Shown here piece after piece: positions 28,067 through 36,099 of a stretch of 64,000 nt of DNA. Position numbers and translations under genes: made by a program. Position 1 is the stretch's first letter; every line of letters starts with the position of its first letter. The notes beneath the pieces were generated by a model, which saw nothing but the letters and a program-made list of their open reading frames with translations, was not told where the DNA came from and did not search any database. This DNA is from a virus (Duplodnaviria > Caudoviricetes), in the IMG/VR virus record IMGVR_UViG_3300002307_000018, positions 128,001 to 192,000 of that record, one strand, 5' to 3'.

Positions 28067-28491
28067 TATTGTTCCTTTGTACGTTCAACGATATCTTTGT
28101 ATCCAGACCAACTTGGATGAATACCGTCTGCTTGTAGCCCACGAATCGGTAACACGGTGTCACCGTTCTTTTGTGCAACTTCTGTTACCATGGCTTGAAG
28201 TTTCGGCAATGGCACTTCACTAGCGGCTAAGTTGCCAGCAGGTAGTACCCAGAACACACGCTTAGATACAACACGTGCCCGCATTTTTTCAAGCTCTTCA
28301 ACGGTCTTGACATATTTATGATCGTTGGTGCCCAGTGAGATAATGACCACACCAGCGGTCAAGTCTTGAGTTGGATACATCTTGTTCCATTGCCAAGTAT
28401 TGATGCCACCCTTGCCTACAAGTTGGCATTCTTTGGCAAACATTTGTGTACCCACTGCGATACTATCGCCTAATACAATACATTCTAACAT
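28066..28491 (-). CDS. SGNH/GDSL hydrolase
   Basis: GDS, G.ND and DGIHP blocks. Confidence 0.8.
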   Translation of the reverse strand: MLECIVLGDSIAVGTQMFAKECQLVGKGGINTWQWNKMYPTQDLTAGVVIISLGTNDHKYVKTVEELEKMRARVVSKRVFWVLPAGNLAASEVPLPKLQAMVTEVAQKNGDTVLPIRGLQADGIHPSWSGYKDIVERTKEQ

Positions 28492-28808
28492 TACTGTTTG
28501 TTCCTTAATAGCTGTACTACATAGTTTTGAATTTGATCGTTATGTGCGGGATACAGTTCCACAAATCTACCACCGCTCATTAACACATAGCCACGATCTT
28601 GCTTGTGTTTGATAATGCCAGTCATGTTCTTTTCATTTTCTTGAAACGACTTTAAGCGCATAGGCTTATCACTACGTCCCTCAAACGAGACGTAGGTATA
28701 GTTGTCAGCACCGTTCAAGCCATCATAGCCATTCTTGTGCATGGCCAAGATACCCCAAATCATGTGATAGTTCTTTTGTGAGTATTGACCCACCCATAAG
28801 TATTCCAT
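28491..28808 (-). CDS. Hypothetical protein
   Basis: TAATG-coupled ORF. Confidence 0.55.
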   Translation of the reverse strand: MEYLWVGQYSQKNYHMIWGILAMHKNGYDGLNGADNYTYVSFEGRSDKPMRLKSFQENEKNMTGIIKHKQDRGYVLMSGGRFVELYPAHNDQIQNYVVQLLRNKQ

Positions 28809-29059
28809 TATTCTTCCTCTGATGATTCGTCAAGAGTGCATTCAAGCATCTTGATAAAATGCCTGACAGCCGTTGGGTCCATGCTGAGTGTATATTGACC
28901 GCCATCACTTCGGAAAATCACCTGTGTCATGCCGTGTTTATTGAGACCAATGGTATAGTGCGCTGGTTCATAGATGTTTACTTCAGGCTCTTTCTCTGGC
29001 ACGTTCTCTGTCACCCGCTCTGGCATAACGTACTCCGACTTTTTAAAAAAATCAAACAT
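28808..29059 (-). CDS. Hypothetical protein
   Basis: TAATG-coupled ORF. Confidence 0.55.
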   Translation of the reverse strand: MFDFFKKSEYVMPERVTENVPEKEPEVNIYEPAHYTIGLNKHGMTQVIFRSDGGQYTLSMDPTAVRHFIKMLECTLDESSEEE

Positions 29060-29208
29060 TATTCTGGTTCCTTTTCTTCAGCGCCAACATACGTAAAGTC
29101 GTACATCTGCCCAAACATATTAAGCGCCGATTGCATTGTTGAGGCTACGATAACGGCAGTTTTAAGATGATTATGCTCGTCGTAGTAGTGTATTTCGTAA
29201 GTTTTCAT
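29059..29208 (-). CDS. Small hypothetical protein (leaderless)
   Basis: MKTYEIHYY...; ATG 6 nt after TATAAT. Confidence 0.55.
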   Translation of the reverse strand: MKTYEIHYYDEHNHLKTAVIVASTMQSALNMFGQMYDFTYVGAEEKEPE

Positions 29209-29214
29209 ATGTAC

Positions 29215-29243
29215 ATTATACCCTATGTTGTTATTGTTGTCAA
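29215..29243 (-). promoter_or_regulatory. sigma70-type promoter
   Basis: Perfect TTGACA-17-TATAAT on minus strand. Confidence 0.85.
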
Positions 29244-29252
29244 TGAATTCGG

Positions 29253-29408
29253 TCACTTTTGTCTGTGACGATACTCACGCTTGAGCCACCATTTGTATTT
29301 GGCAAAATACTGTTCTAGTGACAGCTCTGGATCACCCCAAATAAAATTCTCGGTACAGTTCTCACGCCAGATATTTCCTACCCACAATCTGAAATCGCCG
29401 TGTTTCAT
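29253..29408 (-). CDS. Small hypothetical protein not in ORF track (51 aa, MKHGDFRLW...KYKWWLKREYRHRQK)
   Basis: Translated by hand; AGGAG RBS; fills gap in operon. Confidence 0.6.
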   Translation of the reverse strand: MKHGDFRLWVGNIWRENCTENFIWGDPELSLEQYFAKYKWWLKREYRHRQK

Positions 29409-29417
29409 GTGCTTCTC

Positions 29418-29660
29418 CTACAACTTTTTAAGTAACGCTTGTACCTCAGGGAACTCAGTCTGATTCTCTAACTGTTGTTCGATATCTTCTTCGACTGCGT
29501 TGTCCATCATTTCACGAAAGTTCGCAGTAATTTCTCTGATAGCATCTCTGACAATCTCTATTGCCAAATCCCTATGTTCTTCGATAAGTCGATTTCGTTC
29601 TTCTTGAAATTCCCGACCTGGGTGATCTTCTAACCACTTATTCAATTCATTCTTAGTCAT
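29418..29660 (-). CDS. Hypothetical protein
   Basis: GGAGG RBS; ATGA overlap. Confidence 0.6.
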   Translation of the reverse strand: MTKNELNKWLEDHPGREFQEERNRLIEEHRDLAIEIVRDAIREITANFREMMDNAVEEDIEQQLENQTEFPEVQALLKKL

Positions 29661-29926
29661 AGTCCGCCTCCACAAGCGTGTATTTTACCCGTCAACAGCC
29701 CTGTACTGTATGCTGTTCTCCAACCATTTGGAGTTTCTATCCACCGCAAATTCTCAAATCCACAAACTCTACACTTGACTGACTTAGGTTCATAATGATA
29801 GTAATATGCACCCGTTCGATCACGTCTTCTTCCGCTGCTAACCCAGTCTTGATATTCCTCCCAATCATCACGATATTCTTCACCGAAGAATCCATCACCG
29901 TTCAGTCCACCATCGAATATTCCCAT
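29657..29926 (-). CDS. Small zinc-finger-like protein
   Basis: CRVCG...H.C; TAATG coupled. Confidence 0.5.
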   Translation of the reverse strand: MGIFDGGLNGDGFFGEEYRDDWEEYQDWVSSGRRRDRTGAYYYHYEPKSVKCRVCGFENLRWIETPNGWRTAYSTGLLTGKIHACGGGL

Positions 29927-30234
29927 TATGCCCACCGTAACATAAATTTTACTACATCTTCTTCTTTAGCAATCATGATTCTATTATAAAACAAAAAGAA
30001 TCCGTTGTCAAGCTTTTCTTCTGCCCATAATTTTATTTCGTCATGATTCACACTTCTGGCATATTCTGAGAATTTAACTTCAGTCCATTGACTACCCTGT
30101 GGGTTAACTTTTCTCATAATATCTAACAAAACACTCCAGTCGATCTCTTGCTGTATATCCTTAGCCAACTCATTCAATGACTCATCACTATTGTCAAAGC
30201 CTGATGTATTAAACGATGCCTTAAGAGTTTTCAT
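29926..30234 (-). CDS. 'LRW-tail' family protein (array B, member 13)
   Basis: C-terminal EEDVVKFMLRWA. Confidence 0.7.
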   Translation of the reverse strand: MKTLKASFNTSGFDNSDESLNELAKDIQQEIDWSVLLDIMRKVNPQGSQWTEVKFSEYARSVNHDEIKLWAEEKLDNGFFLFYNRIMIAKEEDVVKFMLRWA

Positions 30235-30446
30235 AGCCACCTCATTGCAAATAGTGTAAAGTCTTTACTGTCGCAAAAAGAAAACCCAATGTAGTGCATA
30301 GTATTACTCCAGCGATGTCCGACAATGCCAAATTTTTGTTGACACCATTCACGAACCTCCATGTAATCTTCATACGACATTGAATCTTGGATGACTGCGT
30401 GATATCGCCAGTATCTTGCTGCTTTTCTTCTTTGATGACTGTTCAT
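30231..30446 (-). CDS. 'LRW-tail' family protein (array B, member 12)
   Basis: EWCQQKFG...RW...FTLFAMRWL. Confidence 0.75.
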   Translation of the reverse strand: MNSHQRRKAARYWRYHAVIQDSMSYEDYMEVREWCQQKFGIVGHRWSNTMHYIGFSFCDSKDFTLFAMRWL

Positions 30447-30646
30447 AACCATCGTAATGCAAACATTGTTGCATCTTCTCCTGTTTTAAAATAGTAGTAG
30501 GTACGATTAACCACGTACCATCTGTCACCATGTATACCGAATTTTTTTATCATCCAGTTGATACATTCACGAAATTTCTTTTCCTCTTGCATGTTGTACA
30601 ATGTTATCATTTCTGGCCATATTTCTGCTTTTAGTTTTCTTGTCAT
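30443..30646 (-). CDS. 'LRW-tail' family protein (array B, member 11)
   Basis: WMIKKFG...RW...EDATMFALRWL. Confidence 0.75.
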   Translation of the reverse strand: MTRKLKAEIWPEMITLYNMQEEKKFRECINWMIKKFGIHGDRWYVVNRTYYYFKTGEDATMFALRWL

Positions 30647-30897
30647 AACCACCTCAACATGAATAATACCTTTTTCTCTTCAGTGTAGGTTTCTTTTCGC
30701 AATTCAAAAGCCGCAACCCCACCAGTTCTCTCTGACCAATGATTACGCAGCTTGACTTGAATATCATGTTGTTCGCACCACACAATCACATCAACAATCT
30801 CATTGAGTTGACAACGAACTTGTACGATTCTATTGTGCAGTTCATGAAATTCTTCCATCCACAATTTGAATTCTGGTGTATTGATATCAATTTCCAT
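30643..30897 (-). CDS. 'LRW-tail' family protein (array B, member 10)
   Basis: VWCEQH...KVLFMLRWL. Confidence 0.7.
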   Translation of the reverse strand: MEIDINTPEFKLWMEEFHELHNRIVQVRCQLNEIVDVIVWCEQHDIQVKLRNHWSERTGGVAAFELRKETYTEEKKVLFMLRWL

Positions 30898-31127
30898 TAT
30901 GCCCACCTCAATGCAAATTGTACTGCGTCATATTCATAAGCAAAGTCAAATCGACCATGACCAACGTATCTCCAGCGTACAGAACAAACAAGAGGAGATA
31001 TTTGCTGACCTCCAGGAGTGATCGTTCGATAAAAACTGGGCTGCCCAAATTTCTCCCGACACCATACTCTAGCCTCGGCCATATATGTAATGTCATGCTG
31101 ATCGGATACAATGTTAACAGTATTCAT
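30897..31127 (-). CDS. 'LRW-tail' family protein (array B, member 9)
   Basis: VWCREKFG...RW...DAVQFALRWA. Confidence 0.75.
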   Translation of the reverse strand: MNTVNIVSDQHDITYMAEARVWCREKFGQPSFYRTITPGGQQISPLVCSVRWRYVGHGRFDFAYEYDAVQFALRWA

Positions 31128-31408
31128 GCCCATTTCAATAAGAAAAATGTAAAACCCGACTCGTCATCAAATCTAAGTTTTGTTTTGTAGTCTCTGGTTT
31201 GGTCGACAATTGGGACACACTCACCACCAAACGGTTTGAGTTCACGGCTGATAATCTCGTTTTGTCTCTCATAGTCCATGTACTCGCTACCACGCTCCCT
31301 AACGTTTACTTCATGACAGTTAAAAATCATGTTGCGCCACCAACTAGGAACATGGATATCTGAAGGCTCCTGCCATGTAGGAGCATCTACCCAATAGTAT
31401 TCTTTCAT
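31124..31408 (-). CDS. 'LRW-tail' family protein (array B, member 8)
   Basis: C-terminal FDDESGFTFFLLKWA. Confidence 0.7.
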   Translation of the reverse strand: MKEYYWVDAPTWQEPSDIHVPSWWRNMIFNCHEVNVRERGSEYMDYERQNEIISRELKPFGGECVPIVDQTRDYKTKLRFDDESGFTFFLLKWA

Positions 31409-31623
31409 AGCCACCTCAATGCAAACATTGAAGCGTTCTCTTCACGAGCAAAATACCACCAGTATTCTTTGGTTTCTTCTGAGTAGTAACACAACCATGG
31501 GTGTGAGTCATCAACGGTCTCTCGTGAAAAGGCCACCCATCCAAATTGTTCTCGGCACCATTTAGCACATTCTGTGAGTTGTTTGATTCCCATCAATTTA
31601 GTTTTTAGTATTACAGCGATCAT
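31405..31623 (-). CDS. 'LRW-tail' family protein (array B, member 7)
   Basis: KWCREQFG...EENASMFALRWL. Confidence 0.75.
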   Translation of the reverse strand: MIAVILKTKLMGIKQLTECAKWCREQFGWVAFSRETVDDSHPWLCYYSEETKEYWWYFAREENASMFALRWL

Positions 31624-31865
31624 GCCCATCTCATTAAAAATAAAGTTACATCTTCTGAATTTTTGAAAAATAAATTGCTACGTTCGTCCATTGAAATAGA
31701 CCAACGAACGTTATCTTCGTTTATATATCGTGAGTTTGTACCAAATTTCTCACGACACCACGTTAAAATAGTATTGAACTCTTGAGTAGACATTTTTGGT
31801 GGTATTCCAACTCTACTCCATACCGTTCCATTTGATCTATGACAATCAGTTATTTTAAATTTCAT
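31620..31865 (-). CDS. 'LRW-tail' family protein (array B, member 6)
   Basis: TWCREKFG...RW...EDVTLFLMRWA. Confidence 0.75.
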   Translation of the reverse strand: MKFKITDCHRSNGTVWSRVGIPPKMSTQEFNTILTWCREKFGTNSRYINEDNVRWSISMDERSNLFFKNSEDVTLFLMRWA

Positions 31866-32074
31866 TTCCACCTCAGCGCAAATAATACTGCGTCTTCTTC
31901 ATTCATAAATGAGAACTTGCCCATACCAATATATCCCCACCGGCCGCTGCCATCGATTGGGTAATGACTCACTCCAAATTTTTCCTCACACCAAAGTACC
32001 GCATCATCTACCGGTTCACGCCTGCGTGATATCGACGGAAATTGGTATTGCATTTCAATCTGTATCGGACCCAT
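31862..32074 (-). CDS. 'LRW-tail' family protein (array B, member 5)
   Basis: LWCEEKFG...RW...EEDAVLFALRWK; start ATG at 32074 (TAATG). Confidence 0.75.
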   Translation of the reverse strand: MGPIQIEMQYQFPSISRRREPVDDAVLWCEEKFGVSHYPIDGSGRWGYIGMGKFSFMNEEDAVLFALRWK

Positions 32075-32274
32075 TATAGCCACCTCAAAGCAAAGAACAC
32101 CGCTTCTTCTTCGTCCCGAAACTCGAACGTGCCCATACCAACATAATTCCATTTTGGGTTACCGTACATACATGAACCGAATCTATCCTTACACCAGAGT
32201 ATGGCGTTATCGACCTCGACTTCGGGATAGTCCGTCATTTCCCATTTCATGTTAACACGTGTCATACGTTTCAT
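32074..32274 (-). CDS. 'LRW-tail' family protein (array B, member 4)
   Basis: LWCKDRFG...KW...EEAVFFALRWL. Confidence 0.75.
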   Translation of the reverse strand: MKRMTRVNMKWEMTDYPEVEVDNAILWCKDRFGSCMYGNPKWNYVGMGTFEFRDEEEAVFFALRWL

Positions 32275-32510
32275 GACCACCTTAGCGTAAATAGTACCGC
32301 ATCTTCACTTGTTTTAAAATAAAAATGGTAGTAATACAAATTGTCATTCCATGAACCGCTTGTATACCATTTCCGTGTAGACCACGTCATGTCGCTTCGG
32401 CTTTTGCCGTATTTTTTCTCGCACCACTCAACGGCCTGTTTATATAGATTAGGCTCTAGTAAGATACAATATTCGTAATGTTCTAATATATCAGAATTTG
32501 TTATTTTCAT
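32271..32510 (-). CDS. 'LRW-tail' family protein (array B, member 3)
   Basis: EWCEKKYG...KW...EDAVLFTLRWS. Confidence 0.75.
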   Translation of the reverse strand: MKITNSDILEHYEYCILLEPNLYKQAVEWCEKKYGKSRSDMTWSTRKWYTSGSWNDNLYYYHFYFKTSEDAVLFTLRWS

Positions 32511-32683
32511 ACCCACCTCAGTGCAAAGAACACTGCGTCTTCTTCCCGTTTAAATACGAACTCACCATGCCCAAGATAATTCCATTTGCCCGGCAATTTG
32601 CCGAATTTATCAACACACCAAAGTATAGCATCATCGACAATGGTATTATTGCTGAAGCCGTATTGTATTTGAATTCGTGTCAT
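32507..32683 (-). CDS. 'LRW-tail' family protein (array B, member 2)
   Basis: LWCVDKFG...KW...EEDAVFFALRWV. Confidence 0.75.
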   Translation of the reverse strand: MTRIQIQYGFSNNTIVDDAILWCVDKFGKLPGKWNYLGHGEFVFKREEDAVFFALRWV

Positions 32684-32898
32684 ACCCACCTCAACATAAA
32701 CAGTACGGCATCTTCTTCACGTTTAAACTCAAACGAACGCTGACCACAATAAACCCATCTGCCATTCTCACTAAAATTAGTCGTTGACAATTGTTCAAAG
32801 CCAAATTTCTCATAGCACCAATCATACGCAGCAACCGGCCAGGGTCCGGGAAAAGAAATCCTAGTCCAACCACTATGATACGTGGATAGATTGGTCAT
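32680..32898 (-). CDS. 'LRW-tail' family protein (array B, member 1)
   Basis: DWCYEKFG...RW...EEDAVLFMLRWV. Confidence 0.75.
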   Translation of the reverse strand: MTNLSTYHSGWTRISFPGPWPVAAYDWCYEKFGFEQLSTTNFSENGRWVYCGQRSFEFKREEDAVLFMLRWV

Positions 32899-33254
32899 GC
32901 AGGCATCACAAATTCATCAACATGCCGACACTTGGCACGGAACTTGAATCCGCTGCAAGAACATGACAGTTTAAGACCGTGACGTTCGATTGTATAGGTA
33001 CTGCCAGATGACGATTTAATTTGCCACGAGTTAGCAGTATTTACCAATTTGGGTTCGACATAGCCGAAGGTATTGGCAACTTCTGTAAACTTGCGGCGTC
33101 GAACATCGAACGGCAAGGGTTGCTTGAACATTTCAAGTACAGTAGTGCCAGAACGAACATAGCCCAACATCTTTTCCTTGCTATCAACAACAAGGTAAGT
33201 ATGATTAGGCGTTTGAGTAGTCCACTCTGTACGTTCTTGTAAAAATTTTGTCAT
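32895..33254 (-). CDS. SWIM-type zinc-finger protein
   Basis: CSCSGF...CRH. Confidence 0.65.
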   Translation of the reverse strand: MTKFLQERTEWTTQTPNHTYLVVDSKEKMLGYVRSGTTVLEMFKQPLPFDVRRRKFTEVANTFGYVEPKLVNTANSWQIKSSSGSTYTIERHGLKLSCSCSGFKFRAKCRHVDEFVMPA

Positions 33255-33685
33255 CAGCAGTCCTCGGCTTCCAGTTTCATGGCTTCTTCAACTGACACAA
33301 AATCAATTTCGCCGTAGGTAACTTCCCAGAATTCTCCGTTGAAGTAGTAATTATACTCTTCTCCTTGAAATTCGTCAAAGTATTCGGTTGTATTGGTAAA
33401 CGTGTTTGGTTCGGTATCTTCGTCGCCACGATCACGACCATAATACACGCATACGCCATTTTGCGCTACTTTAAAGTTATGAATTCCGACTTCAGGATTG
33501 GGCGTGACACGTTCTGCCAGTACTGACAGACTGCCTTTGCTTACCAAAAATTCAGCGGCAAGTAGTGAGTTATAGTGTGTCATCAACATTTTGCCAACGC
33601 CAGACAAATAGCCATCAAAGTGACAGTAGATTTGCGATACGGTTCCGTCTTCATGTTTCACAGCGATAGTTGAGCGAGTAGCCAT
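33254..33685 (-). CDS. Conserved phage early hypothetical protein
   Basis: MATRS.I...IYCHFDGY motif. Confidence 0.65.
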   Translation of the reverse strand: MATRSTIAVKHEDGTVSQIYCHFDGYLSGVGKMLMTHYNSLLAAEFLVSKGSLSVLAERVTPNPEVGIHNFKVAQNGVCVYYGRDRGDEDTEPNTFTNTTEYFDEFQGEEYNYYFNGEFWEVTYGEIDFVSVEEAMKLEAEDC

Positions 33686-33734
33686 TAAATATTCCTTGAT
33701 TTGATTTTATGAGTGTATGCGAGAAACGCAATGA

Positions 33735-33935
33735 TTAGAAAAAATCGCCAGCGAAATAGTCAACTGGGAGACCCAGCAAGTCGCACAATTTTGTGGGATT
33801 GCCGACTGCACCCTCACGTTTGGCGATCCAGCGAATGGCGCTCAAACGATCATGATAGCCATTGCTCATGACGAGAATGTACTTAATACGATTCTCAAAT
33901 TCGGTCACTGCCTGATTTTCTAATTGAGTATACAT
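33735..33935 (-). CDS. Hypothetical protein (paralogue of C-terminal half of 33970..34347)
   Basis: AIRWIA...LGLP.DYFAGDF. Confidence 0.6.
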   Translation of the reverse strand: MYTQLENQAVTEFENRIKYILVMSNGYHDRLSAIRWIAKREGAVGNPTKLCDLLGLPVDYFAGDFF

Positions 33936-33969
33936 TGAATTCCTTGATTTGATTTTGAGAATGCAGCGA

Positions 33970-34347
33970 TTAGTTAAAATCGCCGGCGAAATAGTTGTCT
34001 GGGAGACCCAGCACAAAGCAAAAATACGACTGATCATTAACGGCATCTTCAGCCTCAGCTAACCAGCGAATTGCCATGCGGCGATCTTTTGCGCCCGACA
34101 TCAACAGATTTTGAACACGCAGTTCAAAATCGTGAGCGGCTTTAGCCTCGCTTTCTTTTTGACGAATAGCATTGATACGACCCTGTTCACCCAGAGCCGT
34201 AAACTCACGGTCGAAATCCTCAGCAGTCCAAGTAGACGTATCGATGTGACGTGGGCGAAACCCGTGAACAGACTTATAGAAGTCCGAGAATTCCCAACCC
34301 AATTGCTCTAATTCCGTTACTGCAACTGCGCTTTCAAATGTAGTCAT
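33970..34347 (-). CDS. Hypothetical early protein
   Basis: Behind consensus promoter; AIRWLA...LGLPDNYFAGDF. Confidence 0.65.
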   Translation of the reverse strand: MTTFESAVAVTELEQLGWEFSDFYKSVHGFRPRHIDTSTWTAEDFDREFTALGEQGRINAIRQKESEAKAAHDFELRVQNLLMSGAKDRRMAIRWLAEAEDAVNDQSYFCFVLGLPDNYFAGDFN

Positions 34348-34378
34348 TTCTTTATCCGTTTTCTCAGTGTATGTGTAT

Positions 34379-34407
34379 ATTATAGCAGATTTCGGAATTA
34401 AAGTCAA
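34379..34407 (-). promoter_or_regulatory. sigma70-type early promoter
   Basis: TTGACT-17-TATAAT; palindrome at 34414..34431. Confidence 0.8.
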
Positions 34408-34431
34408 CATATTTGTTGTATAAAAACAACA

Positions 34432-34878
34432 CTACCAGCTAGACTGATAGTGATATCTCCAGTTTCCCGCATCAGGATTATTGACAATTTTCTCTAAAAT
34501 TTCTTTAGTATGCTGTAAGCTGTCAATATACCACTCGTCAACATCGGAATTTCCAAAGAAGAATCCCACAGACGGAGGCAGAATCTCGTGCGCCAGTGAA
34601 TTATCGTCCAAAACCATATCAACAATGGCAAGCAATTCTTTCAGTTGTCCCAGATCGACAAGCGTTTTTTGACACTCGTCCACTCCGTCTTGACAATTTT
34701 TGACGAACCAAAAATGAATAGCATTTGCCTTTCGCCAGTATCCGCATTCAAGTTGAACATGACAAACGGATCCAAGCGAAGTGACAAGAGCATCATTCAA
34801 TGCCGTGATAAGTACTTTTTCCTCTGGCACATATTCAGCAAAGAACCGCTCAGCGGTCAAGTACATATCTAAGCCCAT
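34432..34878 (-). CDS. Conserved phage hypothetical protein
   Basis: MGLDMYL...YWRKANAIH.WF motif. Confidence 0.65.
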   Translation of the reverse strand: MGLDMYLTAERFFAEYVPEEKVLITALNDALVTSLGSVCHVQLECGYWRKANAIHFWFVKNCQDGVDECQKTLVDLGQLKELLAIVDMVLDDNSLAHEILPPSVGFFFGNSDVDEWYIDSLQHTKEILEKIVNNPDAGNWRYHYQSSW

Positions 34879-34881
34879 CGA

Positions 34882-35307
34882 TTACTCCTGATCTGTTGCA
34901 ACAGACACAACAGCGGGAACAACAACCGGCGCCTGATCAACGTATGAGGCATAATTGCGAATGCGTGACTGACGCTCAGTATTGCGATGCACAAACTCGA
35001 CTTTCTTGCCTGCACGTTCCATGGCAAGCATAAACGTAGTCATATCTTGATCTTCCTCAAGATACGCATACTCAGTACGCATATAAGAGAATGGCGTAAT
35101 ATGAGCCGAGATACCCAGCTTGGCAAGCATACGATGCGGCACACGCAACCAGCCATGCCCTGCGTCAGAATACGACAGTAGCTTAATGGTGGTTTTCTTG
35201 GGCTTAGCAGGCTTAGCGACTTTAGGCGGTTTAACAGCTTTAGCGGGCTTAGCAGCTTTGACGGTTTTGACGGGTTTTGCAGCTTTGGGTGTGGTAACTG
35301 TGGTCAT
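34882..35307 (-). CDS. Hypothetical protein with KPAK-rich N-terminus
   Basis: SDAGHGWL...YLEED motif; histone-like KAAKP repeats. Confidence 0.6.
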   Translation of the reverse strand: MTTVTTPKAAKPVKTVKAAKPAKAVKPPKVAKPAKPKKTTIKLLSYSDAGHGWLRVPHRMLAKLGISAHITPFSYMRTEYAYLEEDQDMTTFMLAMERAGKKVEFVHRNTERQSRIRNYASYVDQAPVVVPAVVSVATDQE

Positions 35308-35358
35308 AAAAATTCCTTAATGTGTGTAAAAGTGTGTAAATTTAACTATTGAAACTAC

Positions 35359-35387
35359 ATTGTAGCAGATTCGGGATTTATTGTCAA
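35359..35387 (-). promoter_or_regulatory. sigma70-type early promoter
   Basis: TTGACA-17-TACAAT. Confidence 0.75.
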
Positions 35388-35390
35388 TAC

Positions 35391-35579
35391 TTAAAATACA
35401 GAATATCCGGCATAAGCATTGTATTGAGTGTAAAAGGCGATAATGAAATCCTCAACCGCCGTTGTTCCCTCGTTGGTTGTCGCTGGCTTTTGACCATAGA
35501 AAAACTCGTAAGCGCCTCGTGGGCCCGAACGTTCGTTTACTGTGAAGATATCTTGCAATTGCTTAGTTGTAAATTTCAA
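35391..35579 (-). CDS. Hypothetical protein
   Basis: ORF in operon; start uncertain. Confidence 0.45.
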   Translation of the reverse strand: MKFTTKQLQDIFTVNERSGPRGAYEFFYGQKPATTNEGTTAVEDFIIAFYTQYNAYAGYSVF

Positions 35580-35584
35580 TTGGT

Positions 35585-35863
35585 TTAGTCCGAAAGATTG
35601 ATAATGCGGGCATCGTATTCCATAAACGATACTTCTGCAGGCACGTGAGTTAGTTTGCCGACTCGACTATCCCGACCTTCTTCTAAGCGTTCGCCTGCCC
35701 ATACGTCACGGGTAGTCAGAATCTCAAAAGCCAAGTACCCGTTGACATTGGTCAATTCTAGCACTTTGCCCTCGACATAACAATTCTCACGACCAGCCAT
35801 TGGCTTGAAATCATAAGCACGAATCACGTCACCGACTTTGGCGATTTTCTCAAATTTTAACAT
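35585..35863 (-). CDS. Hypothetical protein
   Basis: Likely ATG at 35863 after AAAAGGA. Confidence 0.55.
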   Translation of the reverse strand: MLKFEKIAKVGDVIRAYDFKPMAGRENCYVEGKVLELTNVNGYLAFEILTTRDVWAGERLEEGRDSRVGKLTHVPAEVSFMEYDARIINLSD

Positions 35864-35882
35864 ACTTGTCCTTTTGTCTAGT

Positions 35883-36023
35883 TTAAACACGCTGCAAACG
35901 GGTCATGAGCATTGCAGTGAACAGCTTTGCTTTGAGTTCGGCACGTACTGCACAGGCTTCGGCAGTTTGCGGCATTGTGTGCGCTTGTGCGACCCGCTTG
36001 ACTACAGTGACTTTTGCTTTCAT
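35883..36023 (-). CDS. Small early protein not in ORF track (46 aa, MKAKVTVVKR...)
   Basis: Translated by hand; follows promoter and conserved leader with GGAG. Confidence 0.55.
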   Translation of the reverse strand: MKAKVTVVKRVAQAHTMPQTAEACAVRAELKAKLFTAMLMTRLQRV

Positions 36024-36053
36024 ATCTTTCTCCGTTTTCTCAGTTTATACGTT

Positions 36054-36082
36054 ATTATAGCAAAAAACTGATTTACTGTCAA
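36054..36082 (-). promoter_or_regulatory. sigma70-type early promoter
   Basis: TTGACA-17-TATAAT with TG extension. Confidence 0.85.
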
Positions 36083-36099
36083 ATTTTGCCACAAAAAAA

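Noticed and set aside
30240-32516. ORF-track starts such as MAM/MGM/MVM/MEM/MGIM for array genes
   Set aside because: These ATGs arise from the xA TGG or xG TGG codons of the previous gene's RW. The real starts are the ATGA or TAATG overlaps 6-9 nt further on.
29926-32898. Regularly spaced recurring sequence (TTGAGGTGG..ATGA) as a CRISPR-like or attC repeat array
   Set aside because: Units are 180-310 bp intact ORFs, the repeat is short and degenerate, and no cas or integrase gene is nearby. It is a coding paralogue array.
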